Source: the human T2T-CHM13v2.0 reference genome, Homo sapiens. Taken from it: 64,000 nt of DNA. The position numbers and the translations under genes were made by a program. This document shows, in pieces, positions 1-16,014 of this stretch. The stretch lies in assembly GCF_009914755.1 (NCBI RefSeq), contig NC_060928.1; one strand, 5' to 3'. The notes under the pieces were generated by a model. It did not search any database and had not been told where the DNA came from. It saw nothing but the letters and a program-made list of their open reading frames with translations. How positions within the stretch are numbered: the stretch's first letter is position 1; each line of letters begins with the position of its first letter.

Positions 1-2450
1 AATCACAGAGATGAAACACACATATATCTGATTTTTACTCACTTGAAGAATTTTAAGTGCTATCAGAGCTACTTTGGTCACTGATCATGTATGGTCTCAC
101 ATTTGGTTATATAAGCTACTCAGCGTGCCAAGTACAGGACAAGACAGTTGTTCCACTGTCGTTGGAATCTATTGTTCTCACTTTTTTCAAAATTGATTTG
201 TCAAAGTGCATCAAGAACCTTAAACTGTTATTTTCTTTTGCTCCCTAATTCTATCTTTAGAAACGCATTCTAAATAAAAAGTTAGAGTTGCTGATCAGTA
301 ATAATCTAAATAACCACCAGTAAGGGAAAGTTAAAGATGAATAATAGAATGTTTCTTCTAAGAAGAGGAATAATATGGAGCCATGAAAAATTAGACACTG
401 GAAATCAATTCTGTGACATTACCTAAGTGCATTTTATAATATTAAGGGCTATTTTGTAAGATAACATGAACATTATTCCTGTTATATGCATAAAAATAAG
501 ATTGGGAAGAAAAGCACCAAAAAGTTGGTCACCATTTTTCTGTGTGATGGTATTGTGGGTGCCTTTTTTTCTCCACACTGTTTTTGTTTGCTTGTCTGCT
601 TTTATGAGTTCTATAATAAATACATTTTACTTATTGAGTTGCTTTGAAAATTCATTTGATATTTTGGTTTACAAATATGAAATCAAACTCATCTGTATAG
701 GTTGCGTGATTCAACAGTTGTCCAGCAGCAACCATCAGACCAAGCGGGGAATTAGGAAACCAAGAGTTTGTTTCAATTTAAGCTGTGTGACGTTTAGCAA
801 AACAAGTTGGCAGAAGGGCAAAAGTCTTAGGGAGTTGAGAGTGTGACACCATGTTATCTGCCCTGGATAGAAACAAAAATTATATGTGTTAGGATGGGAG
901 AGGAACACTGAAGTAAAATGAAGGAACTGAGGGACTGAGAATCCTAATGCGATTTTTCTTGAAGCAATTCTAGGAAACAGAAAAGTCCAGAGGGTAGCTG
1001 GGGTATCGAAAGCTGCAGTCATGGAGATGCTTGGAAGACATGATGCAGGACATACAGTCTACATGGATCTGCAGGTCCTTTGGGATGACTCCAACATTTG
1101 AGGAAAGAGCAGAACACAATAAGGATCCTAAGTCTTCAATGGATGCAGAGGGGTGCCCTGGAGCAGGAGGTGGCCTGGCCTGAGCAGCACACAGGAAGTG
1201 ACATGAAGAGATGAGAATTGCAGCACTGTCTCTACACTTGAAGTTCTCAGGATGTCTTACGTTTAAAATAAATGTTTAAAACTTTGATTTTTAACATTTT
1301 TAATTATCATCACTTCTTTAGAAATGTGTTCAGATGTAACCAATTTTCCTGTGGTACCTTTATGATTACTTAGCTTCTGAAGGGGAAGAGGTTATAGTAT
1401 CAGTTAATTTACTTCCCACCTATCATTGCAGTGATTAATGACTGGCCGAATGGAGAATCTGCTTTTAATTTTTTTTCTCATTAAAATCGTACAAGAAATG
1501 TTGACAGTAGCAATTGCTTCTGAACAGACATTTCAGGTTCAAGAATAGTTGAGAACCATTCTGTGGATGGTTGCTCCAGTGAATAGATTTCAAATTATAT
1601 GAAATTGGTTTTTTTGTTAGAAGTGCAAAAGTTGTCCCAAAAATGCATTAATTTTATTAAATTGTTTAGAGACTTGGAGTTCCCTTACAACTGAGCCAGC
1701 TAGCATCTTGGGAAAGGACAGAAGACAAGACTGCCCTCACTGCCTACTGCATACACTGGGCTAGTGTGAAATAATTCTCTATCGTTATGATAATCTATCC
1801 ATCCTCAAGGTAGTAAAATGGAAGCAGGGGCTTCAGTGAAGTCAAAAGGGCCTAGAAGTAGTTGTGTTGTCAAGGGAGAGGGTTCAAGGGGAGATAGTAA
1901 TTCTGATCATAGTTCCTATCAGTATTATTTTCTCAAGGTAGATATTATCTGTCCAAGATGTCTTCTTCACTGATGTTTCCAGCACCTCAGTTTGCCGCTC
2001 CTCTATGTGGAGTCTCATTTCAGCAGAGGAGCCTGAACTTCTTAGAAAGTAGTTCAAGACTTCAAAATCCAGGAAGCAGAAGCAGCCAGTCTTCCTAAAG
2101 TTTGGACTCAGAAGTTTCACAATGTCATTTTCAACTATTCTCTTAGTCAAATTAGGTACAAGCAGCTGAGATTCAAGAGGGGGAGAGGGCCATGTGTACA
2201 GAGAAGAAAGGAATTGATGGCAGTGGCCATTTTTCCTTGAGAGATCCTATGAGAAGTACAGAAAGTTATAAGGGGTATGGGAAAGAAGCTGTAGCAGATT
2301 GAGAAAGAGATTAGAAAATGACTTGAATGAAAAGGTCATATGATAGAAATAAGCACTACTTTTGGCATCAGCCTTTTTTCACTGAGTGTCCAATATACAC
2401 CCTTTTCTATGCTTGATGGCGAAGATATAAAAGTGATTCAATATGGACAG

Positions 2451-3083
<633 letters not shown>

Positions 3084-5769
3084 ACAGTATACTCAAGACA
3101 CTTAAACTGCATGGATGATGTAGACAAATAAGTAGATTTTTCAATACAGTGTTATAATACCTCCAATAGGGGTAGACACAGGATGCCATAGGAACATAGA
3201 AAAAGGGCATCATATTCTCTTCATTTAGATTCTTCCTTAAAATAATGTCTCACTGCTTTTTCTGATGATGAAATGAGACATTTTATGTAAAGCACTGAAG
3301 TAATAGGTGCCTATTATATATTAGTTCTTTAGCTCCTTCCTTCAAACCTATTATATACATACATAATATTTTTTTCTCCTTCTACCCATGGAAAGAAAAA
3401 AAAGTAGAAAGTCAGAGTGGAAGAATCTGAAAAAAACACCACTGACCCAGAGGATTATATGCACACCCAAAAATGAGGCAGAAGCCTCGTTTTGGCAGCT
3501 CTGGGTCACTTAGGAGTTTTTCACAACCAAAGGGCTACTAATTCTGAAGCCTTATAAAGCTGTGTGCTGGAACCAGGATGGTTCTGAAGACATTTTGAAA
3601 TATTCTGGATGAGTTCATTCTGCTCAAGTTAAGAGGAATTTTCTCAAGATTAGTTCAAGTTGTGACTGAAAGCAAAGATTAGTAAATAGAACTTCTCATT
3701 ATTTAAACATAATAATCCATGAAAATATAATGTTTAAGCCAATACTAATGGCTATTTAAAGGATTTATTTTATCCAAGTTTATGAATGATGAGAGGTTTT
3801 TAAAAAAGGAATTTTGATGAAAGGAATTTAACTTGGGAAATCTTGCTAGAAGTTGATTTCTAAGATTAACATTAATGCATATGATTCATCAGGGAAGAGT
3901 TATTTACATTTCTGATTTATCATTTTAATTAAGCAATGCTTCTTGATAGCAGTGATGATCCAGGGCAGATACATAGGGTAAAGGTTATAGGTATGCGAAG
4001 CATTAGATCAGGCTCTATGACTTGTTGCAGAGGGACAAGCTCAGGGTCATATCCAAATAGATAGGAAATAAATGCTTTTGTAGTCAGTGTTGACAAAAAT
4101 AATGCTAGGAATAAAAATATGCTTGCTCATTCTATAAGTTTTTTTAGACTCCCTCCAACAAACTCCCTTGGCAAATAAAGAATATTAAACACAGAAACGA
4201 AATGGCACATTGGGGTCTCTCTTAAAAATCGCATTCTAAGCAAATCCCAGAAATTTGAAAGCATTCTGTAAGAGTTCCTCGAATATGCCTTTGACACAAG
4301 AACAACCTTGATTATACTTGTTGTACTGGCTTCTCTCACCCCTATTGGTTCAATAAATGACCCCTTTGAGGGAAGTTCAGAATGGTTGTTTATCTACAAA
4401 TCCCACGCTTTTTATTAAATTGGGATGAATTCCCCAGTGTTCACATTTTAAAATGCAAGACAGATTGCAGCACCTGTAGATGATGATTCCACTGGTAACA
4501 GGCAGCAACTGAGGATCTATGTGCCCTGTCACTGGGTCAGTGGGAGCCCCTTGGACTGCTCTGCCATTGGCTGGTATTCATTGTCATTCCTGCTGCTCTT
4601 GCCCTGGATTCTGCCTCAGTGAAATAGTCAACATGTTCTTCCTCACATGCTGCTTTCCTTCTAGCAAGGCTCATCTCTGAACCACATTATACACCAGCAA
4701 ATACCATCTTCAATCTGTCTCACAAGATTTGCAGCTGGGACAAATAATGTACAAGTTCTTAATTCCCAGAGTATGGAAATTATACTCTAGTTACTAAAAA
4801 TCTCTCCCCAAATTACAGTCGGTTTCAAGTGTCATGTTTATGTTGTTCTGTGTGATAAAAATACCTCTACAGTGACAGTCTAGGTGCTAAATGTTCTGCT
4901 TGTGAGTGCTACATTCAATATAATAGTTGTGTCTTCTCAGATAATGTAAAGAATAACATGTATTTCAATCTTCTCTATTATGATAACCTAATATGCCCTC
5001 CAAAAGTTTGGTGATGCCAAGAGAGGAAATGTTCATTAGTCTACCAACACTTTAGGAGTTCTTGTATGCAAACAACAGAAGTTGGCTATAGTTAATATAA
5101 AAAGAGATAGGATTTATAAGAAGGATATAGGCTAGATCATAGAATCAACCATAAGGAAAGAGGACAGAGCTTGCTAAAAGTGCACCATCCAAGAGAGACT
5201 GGGTAGAGAATACAGCCCAAGTCTTGAAGTTCAATTCGTTCTACAGATGTGGACCCAACTACATATGCATAGTTATTACCACTCCTAGAATCTGCCCTTC
5301 AGCTTCCGTGAATATTTCTAACTGCTCCTCTGCCCTTGTATCATTTTATCAGGATTCCAGGTGCTGAACAAAAGGATCAAATTGGCTGATCCTATTTCAT
5401 ATGCCACTAGCTGCCAGAGATCAGAGAGAGGGAATAACTGCCTGCTTTAGGATATGGAAAATGCCTTCAATATAAAATATTCAAATGCCTGGCAGCCAAA
5501 TAATGAAACTCCAACAAACGACCTTCTCTCAAATTCATAAAATTGTGTTAATATTTCTAGTAATACTTAACAAAAAGTTTAGCTGACCTTGACATGATCT
5601 CCCTCACCAGTTGCACCACCATGCCAAAATAATTGTTTTCCATTAAGTCTGTATGTCAATTAAGGTCATCATATTTTACCCATAATTGTATTCATGATAG
5701 TATGGAAAAGCAAATAGACTTTCCTAAAATCTTATCCCTGAGGATCTATTACAGCTGTGGCAAGTTTCC

Positions 5770-5975
5770 ACTTACTGAGTAATTACTATATGCAGGGCTC
5801 TGGGCTAGGTAATTTATATGCAGCATCTTGTTTAGTCCTCACAAGGCCCTTGCAAACTCTACATTACTCACTTCATTTTCCATGTAAAGAAAATGAAATT
5901 CAAAAATCTACGTAATGGTCTCAAATACAGCAAATTGTTTGCAGGCAGTGCTGGGATGATAACCTAGGACTGAGT
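5770..5975 (-). mobile_element. MIR
   Basis: Diverged MIR core ('tttagtcctcacaa...cattttccatgtaaagaaaatgaa'). Confidence 0.6.
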
Positions 5976-7056
5976 GATTTCTCCTTCCTTCCTGCTTTAC
6001 TTCTTTCCTTCTTTTCTTCTATGTCAAAGTCTCTGTTCAAGATATTTTCACCATTCTGCATGTCTAATCAGCAGCATAAAAGCCCATGAATCCTACCTTC
6101 ACGCAAAAAAATCATTTTTTTTCTGAAAATATGTATTTGGTCACCATCATCAAGGATTCTCTGTGACACAGACTGGTTGGCTTTTTAAATTTAAAAAAAT
6201 TATTCCATACTTTTACTCAAATATGAAAATCTATTTGGAAAGCTATAGCCTCTTGACTGTGTAGGAGAAACAGAATAGAACCTACAATGCTCTGAGAATA
6301 AGAGGAGCAGAAGCTTGTCAATGTGGGTTTACAGTTGGCATCCCTCACTTGGAGTCAGAGCAGAGTAGAAAAGCATCTGTCATCAAATGTGACAAAGGCC
6401 ACTGCCCTAGTTAAACTGTTGTGAACTGGGGCACTTGAGTCTGAGTAATTCAGGACTTTTATTTTCAGACCATGTCCCCAATCATTCCTGTTGAAATGAA
6501 GGCCATCTCTTGCCACTAAATGTGCCATTTACCCTTAGCAATAATCTGTAACTTTCATCCAACCAGTAAAGACAGAAAAATGGAAAATGTTACATCCTCA
6601 GATAAAGGAAAAAAAAGATATATTTCTTGTTGTGCACCCCAAATGTGTTTTCTTTTACTTTCTCATTTGTTCTGTAACAGATTTTAATGACTGCAGATAC
6701 ATTTCACAAAGTATATAATAAATTTAAAAGGAAAATATCTTCATTCCACTCAAATCCATACAATGTATACACCTGTTGGAATTGGAACAGACAATATTTT
6801 GTGAAATGTTTTATGCAAATGCTAACTAGATATAAATGTGCATCATTCATTTAAATTACAGTTCATACATGGACCCAGGAGTCATACAGGTACCACTATA
6901 ATCCACTTAGACATTCTGGATTCTTCTATCTTATTACAGTATTATTTTTCCCTTGTAGGTAAAGCCCATTGGCCCTGTCTAGTATTGGCCAAGATGAAAA
7001 AGAAAGGATAAACCCTAGTAGAATGAAAAGTAGACACACTACTGCTTAGTTACAGA

Positions 7057-7290
7057 CAGTGTTATGTAGTGATTACGGGCTCTGGAATCAAACTTCCTTT
7101 ATTCAAATCCTAGTCGTTGGCTGTGTAACCTTTGGCAAGTGATTTAGCCTCTCTGTAACTCAGTAGCCTCACCTATTAAATGGAGGTGATGATAATTGCA
7201 CTTCATAAAATTACAGTGAGGATTAAACATGAGTTAATAAATGTAAAGCATCTAGGCCAACTCATGGTAAATCCTCAGTAAATATCAAAA
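7057..7290 (+). mobile_element. MIR
   Basis: 'ggctctggaatcaaac...gctgtgtaacctttggcaagtgatttagcctctctg...gtgaggattaaa'. Confidence 0.75.
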
Positions 7291-7379
7291 TTGTGAAAAC
7301 TTACTGCATGCATTTTCTCTTGTCATGATTCTTCCAAAACATTTGTTAGTTACCAAGCATTCAATTGCAGAGACGAACA

Positions 7380-7860
7380 ATAATCTACTTAACTAACAAT
7401 TGTAATAAATTTTTAGATTTTTTTCCAATTCTTCACTGTTATATATTTGCCTAATTTTTCAGATTAACCTTAGAATCAATTTGTCAACTTTGTAAAAAAA
7501 TGCCTCTTGGATTTTAACTGAGATTATATTAAACATACACATTTATTTGGGGAAGATTCTCTTATGAAGTCCAATCTTCTCATCCAGGGATATAGTTTAT
7601 CTTTCTGTAAATTTAAACCTCCTTAAAATAAACCTCTAATGTTTTGCAATTATTTTCATATAAATCATCTGTATTTCTTTGTACATATATTCTTTGGTAT
7701 TTCACAACTCAGTCATTAGGAACTATTAAATAGAATGTATTCTTATTTCTTACTGTTATGGAAATATTTAGTAGTTTATGCCATTTTTTAATATAGAGGC
7801 TATAATTTTTCATAGTAAAGAATATCAAACCTTTCTGTGTATGACTCTGTTTTTATACAT
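7380..7860 (-). mobile_element. Old L1M fragment
   Basis: 'ttagaatcaatttgtc...gattttaactgagattatattaaa...atttatttggggaaga' resembles antisense L1 ORF2. Confidence 0.55.
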
Positions 7861-7962
7861 AGAAAAACATCAACTTACATCCTGAATTTAGAGCAATTTT
7901 TAGTTTTATCTTTTTAAAAGTAAAAGCACTTTCCAAAGAGGAAAAAAAAATTAGGTCCATAA

Positions 7963-8268
7963 GGCCGGGCGCGGTGGCTTACGCCTGTAATCCCAGCACT
8001 TTGGGAGACCAAGGCGGGCGGATCAGGACTTCAGGAGATCGAGACCATCCTGCCTAACATGGTGAAACCCTGTCTCTACTAAAAATACAAAAAAATTAGC
8101 CGGACGTGGTGGCGGGCACCTGTAGTCCCAGCTACTCAGGAGGCTGCGGCAGGAGAATGGCGTGAACCCAGGAGATGAAACTTGCAGTGAGCCGAGATCG
8201 CGCCACTGCACTCCAGCCTGAGTGACAGAGCGAGACTCTGCCTCAAAAAAAAAAAAAAAAAAAAAAAA
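7963..8268 (+). mobile_element. AluY-type element
   Basis: Full Alu with 'gagatcgagaccatcctg', 'gagaatggcgtgaaccc'; long A-tail; TSD-like tccataa. Confidence 0.95.
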
Positions 8269-8659
8269 GATCCATAATATAAGTATACTTCTAAGCAAAG
8301 GGGTGATTTTATAGAGAAATCATTACAATAAATGGAATTCTTGCTTCACCATGAAGGATGTCAGTAGAACTGTCTCAGCCCAAATAGAAAGACCAAGAAC
8401 TTAAGAAAATTCTGTGCTAATTAACATGTCTATTAATGGGTTATTAGACCGTAACAGTCTAACGTTTACTACAATCCTGCCTTCTTTTCAACATACTCCT
8501 ACCTTAGAATTCTTCTCATACTTTTGTAATTATCTCATATTAATTGATTGCATATTGTTTATTTTTGTCCACTGCCAATGTATTTCCATTAGGGCTGCAA
8601 CCATCACCTATCTTATTCACCATAGTGAACAATGCCCAATCACAGTCTCATTCGTTTGT

Positions 8660-10860
8660 TTATTCATTAATTGAATAAATAAATATTTATCTCCTATTCC
8701 TTATCATGAACTGTTGCATATAGACAAGGTCTTTGGCCTCAGAGTGTTTATTTTCTGCGGAGTTGGGGTAGGATAGAAAGCAAGTATCCAAATAAATAAC
8801 ATAATTTCACATAATTGTAACAGCTACTGCAGAGGGTGGACTGAGCAAATCTGGGTGGATGTACTGTTGAAAAAAAAAAGCCAGTGAAGGCCTCTCTCAG
8901 GAGGTAACATATAAACAGAGACGTTGATAATATGAAAGATCTGAGGGGAAAATGTTGCAAGTAGACTGAATTTGTATAAAGATCCTGAAGTGGATAAAGT
9001 TGGTGGTTTGAGAAGAAGCAATAAAACCAGCGACCAAGAGAGAGAATGGAAGGAGATGATGTCACAAAAGCAAGACATAGTGAGATCGTGCAGGCAAGGC
9101 CTTCTTGTCTCACACTTTTCAAACTTAGCTGTGCATGTAAATCATCTGGAATCTTTTTAAAATTCAGACTCTGATTCAGGAAGTCTGGGCCAGGGCCTGA
9201 GATTCTGAATTCCTAACAAGCTTCCAAGGGATGCTAATGCTGTTATTCTGGGGACCACTCTGAAAAGGAAGCTTCTGAGTTATAAAAAGGAGGTTTAGTT
9301 TTATTGTAAATATGAATAAAAGCCATGAAAGGGCCTTGGGATGACATAATTGCTTTTCATTTTCAAAGGATTACACCGGTGTGAGGAAAAGCTTGTGGGG
9401 GAGAAAGTGTGGAAGCAGGAAGCCATTAGGAAATTGCTTCCGTGAGGCAACAGAAGAGGGTGGTTCAGAGTAGCCCAGGCAACGAAGGAGCCCAGGACAC
9501 ACGGTCACGTTTGGGACATGTTTTGATTACATAGTCAAAATAATTGATGGACTAGATATTGGATGTGAAAGTCAGAGTAATCAAGACTGACTACTCTGCA
9601 AATGAACCAGTGAGTGATTTGTGGTTCTTGTTATAAAGATGAGAAAATATGGAAGAAGGACAGCTAGGACAGGATAGAAGTCAAGGGTTTGGTTTCAGAT
9701 ATGCTATTATTGAGAATATCATATTAATGATCAAATAGAAATATTAAGTATAAGTCGTGTATATATGTTAAGAGCTTAGGGAAGAGCATTGAATGTAGAT
9801 GGAAATTTGGGGGTCACTAGATTTTAAAGTTATTCAATTAAATGAGCTCATCTAGCAGGGGAGAATTAGAGAAGAGATTTAAGTCTGAGAAGAAGAAGAA
9901 AGATCAGCCAAGGAGACTGAAAAGAAGCTACTTGTGAGGTAGGAAAATAATTCAAGAACATGTGACACTCTAGAATTTAAGTGAAGAAGTGCTTCAGCAT
10001 AGTGGCTAATGGAGATTGGGTAATCAAATAAATACCTGTCAGGGTTCAAATAAAATGAAACTGAGAATTGACCATTGAATGTTGCAAGATGTGGGCATTG
10101 TTGCTAACTTGACAAAGGGGTCTTGGTGAATAGGATGATAAATTATTGCCTGGAATGTAGGAAAGCAAGAATGGGAGATGATAAAGTAGAAGCAGAGACA
10201 ATAGAAAACTCTTTCAAGAATTTTTGCAATAAAAAGGAGCAGAGAATGAGCCATAATTGGAGAAAGATGTTAAATCAAAGGAGTTTTATTTTAAGGTAAG
10301 AGATATTGAAACATGTTCACGTGCTGACATAAATGATAGGTGATGAGAAAATATGGGTTATGCAGGTGGAGGGGCTGGCTGTGGAGAGAAGAGAGAGATG
10401 AGAGGAAAAGAAGAGTATATATGGGTTAAGATGCATGTATGTTGAGAGGGAAGAAAGTGAGAAGACAAGCACTTTTCTTCTAGATGTTTCTGTTTTGCAA
10501 TAAAATAAGAATCAACAAACAGTAGAAAATGAGGAAGGAGTATTGGGGATTTCAGCAGTGAAGAATTGGTGGGATATATTCATCTCAGATAGCATGGAGG
10601 CAAATTTAAGAGAATGTAGTGGGATTCAAGGGTAGTACTGAGGAGCCATTTAAGACATGGTAATACAATAAACATGAAGTAAGTGGGATTTCTTCTATTA
10701 ACATTCACCTACTTAGGGAGAAAATGGCAAGGTTGCTGAGGATACATGCAAGAAAGAAATTATAGTAATGAACCATGGCATCTAAACCAAGTAAGAAGGA
10801 AGTGAGGGCCTGAAAAAGTGGTGAGTCAATGCATTATATAAATGAGACTGAAGAATAGTT
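8660..10860 (-). mobile_element. L2 remnant (fragmented)
   Basis: Starts with ttcatt/aatatttat tail signature; purine-rich L2-like text such as 'gactgagaattgaccattg' variants. Boundaries approximate. Confidence 0.6.
9110..9270. mobile_element. MER5A (hAT-Charlie) DNA transposon
   Basis: 'tctgattcaggaagtctgggccagggcctgagattctgaattcctaacaagcttccaagggatgctaatgctg..ggaccac'. Confidence 0.75.
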
Positions 10861-11049
10861 ATTAAAGTAAGTGAATTGAAAGGCAAGAGTTTCTTTGATT
10901 CTTTAGGTAAATAAAACCCTATATAACATACCCCTGAACTCTCCAAAGGTGCAGAACAGTGCAGTTTTTAGCCACATGCACACAGCTTGAGCTGTCATGA
11001 AAGTTTCTCAAAAGGCTTACTAGAGATTTCCTTTTAGTAAACATATGAG

Positions 11050-11055
11050 TTTATT
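11050..11055 (-). terminator. Candidate YIPF7 polyadenylation signal AATAAA (ATTAAA alternative at 11149-11154)
   Basis: tttatt on the + strand, about 300 nt past the stop codon. Confidence 0.5.
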
Positions 11056-11352
11056 TACTTACTTTTCTCAGAAATACATCTATTGAGAAAAGCAGGGTTG
11101 ATCAGTACAGCAACTGTATCCCTTTTGATTTTAAGTATTTTGAAATGTTTTAATGCACCAAACTCAAAAGCAAAACATCATTCAAACCAACAGGCTATTA
11201 GAGCACCACCCTTAAGTGCTGCTTTGTCTCTCTGCTTATTACTCTCTCAAAAGCAATAAAACAGAAATCATATCACCAAATTTGAATGTTAATATATTTC
11301 CAAAATAATCTGGACAGCAAACAGAGTCTTGAAATGCCATCTCAAACATTCT

Positions 11353-11562
<210 letters not shown>

Positions 11563-12985
11563 TTATTGAGTTAAAGTTGCCTCTGAAATATCCTTGGCAC
11601 AATATTTATAACTACTTTCCCGAGTGGTAAAATGAAAATGATAAAATATATGAACAAAAGCCCTTGGCCAGTTAGGCATTTTTTAGTCAAATTCATTACA
11701 GAGACTAAATATTTTATATTTCTGTTAAACCTGAATTAGAAAAAAACAGTAGAAGTCACCTGCAGTCACTCTGTTCTCATCTGTCAATATTCAAATCCTA
11801 ACTCCTAAAATTCCCTTAAATACAGCATTGAGAGCCTTCACTTCCTTATAGCTACAGATTTCCTTTTCCCTACTTTCCTCAAAAATTGGCCAACAGCGTA
11901 GGAGAAAGATAGACAGAGTTACATTCCAGTGGGGTGCCTAGTTCCCACTACTTCCAGATCTACTTTTCAGGTTTTTGTCGGACGTCACAAAAAGCCTGAC
12001 ACAGCTCAAGTAAGGAACACATGGGACAGGAAAGCACATATGTGTGTGGCTTCCCACCTCATCCTTGAAGTTCCATTTTGTATATTTTTAGAATGCTGAA
12101 ATAGATTTGTTCAACCGGTGTCTTCAAAAAGTAACTGTGGAGGCAAGTGAGCAAATAAGATAGTTAAGTCTAGTCACTTGGAGAGTAATAAGGCAGGAAG
12201 GGTGGTCGAGAGTGAATTTCCTTTCTTATGTGCTAAATAGAATGCATTATTTAGAAAAATAAGACATAAGAGCTGGGAGAAATCTCAGGAGATGTCTACT
12301 GCCCAGTTTTAAAGCATAAAGTGATGATAAAAATTGCATGGTAAAGTGGACAATAGGTCAAGATCTCTCCTAGCATAGTACTCTTTTCACCACCAAACTA
12401 AACTGCCTTACTTGATCTTGGTTTGACACTGAAGTTGGGAATTATGTTTATTATTTGTGAAAATGATAGAAATATCTGCTTCTAATAATTGAACCAAAGC
12501 AAAACAAGTGAAAAGCTCCACAGTATAGCTTCTAATGCCTCAGACCATTAATAAAACAAACATATTTTTAAAACACCAAATAAGTACTACATTTATTGAT
12601 TTAAATAAAACCTATTAGGGATAATTTCTAGAGTTGTTTAATGTACTGTATTCTTAGTAATGGTCTTGAGTTGCACATACTAATTGCCTAAATTAAGGAA
12701 GAAAAAAGAAAAAAACATATTGACTGAGCATGTATGATATAAAGTTCTCCAACATTAATATCCTCATCAGGGTTCCTGGGAATTCTACGTGGCAAAGAGC
12801 CCAGCTGAGAAAGAATAGTTGTTTTCAGCCCAGAAGGCAGAGTGCCTGAAAGCTGAAGCAATTTATCAGTGTTCACCAGGCACTTACTCTTCCAAAATCA
12901 AACAAGTGAAGTTCCTGTAGTTCTTATTTTACACATGACAATAGTTCACATTGAAAAATCTGACAACTTAAAAAGTGCCAGTTTT

Positions 12986-13381
<396 letters not shown>

Positions 13382-13538
13382 CTAACCTACTTTTCTTAAT
13401 CTATGAGTAGCTTTTAATAGCCATGGTTTTCCCAGTTCCACTACCAAAACAATCAGGAAGGGCTCAACTTTTTCATGGCTGTGGCAAACCTTGGCTATGA
13501 TTGTGCATGTGGGGTCATTGAGAGCACACAGACACTTA

Positions 13539-13784
<246 letters not shown>

Positions 13785-14129
13785 TCATGAAGCAGAGAGC
13801 ATCTTAGAGTCAGTTCAGTGCTGTTCCATGTCTTTGTAGGACTGTCATCAGGAGACTGGAAGTTCTGGGAAAAACATGGCCAATGGTTTGAATTCAGATT
13901 CTGAAAACAAACACTTCTGACTAGAGTTAGGATGGGATAAGCGTGCTACAAAAAAGATTGAATATTTCTAGACTTATATTTTTTACTCTAAATTGTCCAT
14001 TACGAGTACAAGGCATAAGTAAGACTATATTTTGTTCCCATATTTATTAAACAAATAAGTGATTGAACAGAGGAATAAAAAATCCAATTTTAGTCTTGGA
14101 GATTTACAAGGCATATTAGTAAAATTAGC

Positions 14130-14360
14130 AAACACCTACAGGGTTTACCATGTCAGATCCCATTCTAAGTGTGCTACATATATTTATCTAATCCACATAA
14201 CAACCTTATGAAATCAGTATCATTATTACACCAACTTTACACATGAGGAAACTGAGGTGCAGAGATGATAAGTAACTTGCCCAAGGTAATATAACGCTAA
14301 GCAATGGAGGTTGGCTTTTAACCTAGGTATTTCAGCTCTAAAATTTAGGTCCTGAACATC
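14130..14360 (-). mobile_element. MIR
   Basis: 'tttacacatgaggaaactgaggtgcagagatgataagtaacttgcccaagg'. Confidence 0.8.
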
Positions 14361-15608
14361 AACGGGAACTCTTACAAGTCCTATCCCAAAATAATGGCAC
14401 ATATTTAACCCTATTTAATTTAGCATTTAGTTGACCACAGAATCCTTTTATGTTTCATGATACCTATTGCCAGGTTGATTAACCACACCTTATGAAAAGG
14501 TGATTTATATAAACTAACTGGTAATGAATTATAAAAGGTGTACTGTCAAAGGAAGTTAGTAGTGTTCGGAGTACACTACCAATCTTCTGAGGAAAACTCA
14601 TAAAAACAGCCATTGCTCATAAAGCTAGTGTTTTGTGAATACAAGCCCCAATAAATTCATTCAGAGAACTATTACTTCAGAAGTAAGTACTATTACTTAC
14701 AGCGTACCATTACTTCAGAAGAGGATATTTTAATGTTTGCTATCTGAGAATACCAAAGCTACAGTTAAAAAAATTCATTAATTTTTTATATTTACATTAT
14801 GCTGATCATAACTTCTAGATAAAAGTTGAATAGGCTGTCTCTGGTTTTCATGGGAATTAGACAAAAACAATGAAGGATCTGATAAATTGATTCAGGAGAG
14901 AAGGAGCTTTTTAGCTGCCACTTTTCCTTCTCCATGCTATTATCTATGAAGTATTTTAGAGATATTTATTTTACAATTAATCAGGGTAATGGAGAATGTC
15001 ATAGCTATTTTAATGTTCAAAATTGTTTACCTATTCTGAATTCTTCTTCCTCTGCAGTTGGAGAGTTGATCACTACGAAGTCCTTTCATAAATATTCCTG
15101 ACTTTTGCTGGCAGAATTGTCTCCAGCATTAGCCACTGATAAATTCTTATGATACCTTCTGTATGCTTGTGACTATTTAATGAAATAATGCTAATGATGG
15201 ACATGCTAACAGAAATACATCAGCTATCCACTGCTTTATTGGGTGAGTTTGCTCCACTTGCAAAATAGTGACAATTTCACATCATTGTCATGCATTAGAG
15301 AAACCATCTACTTAATATTTTACTTGGATGGGATAAATCTGAGGTAGGGCTAGTCCTAATGGTATAGGACAACTCTCTTACACCCAAAGGACATCTAACT
15401 GGACCTTCCTGTCCTGAAAAGGCAGTTCTACAAATGGAGTGGGGCAAATAGGGAGTAGATGAAGCTAATTTGGTAGTAAAGTTGTGTCTTTTCATGGCAG
15501 TTATGTGCTTCTCTCATCATGTCTTTCTTTTGTTAGTTTGTCCCGTTTAAGTTGTAATTCCATTTAGCCGAAATCACGGCCATTTTAAAAAAGTGTTTCA
15601 AATTCTAA

Positions 15609-16014
<406 letters not shown>

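Noticed and set aside
14666-14722. Repeated attacttcagaag units resembling a mini-array
   Set aside because: Only 2-3 short units; ordinary slippage duplication, not CRISPR-like.
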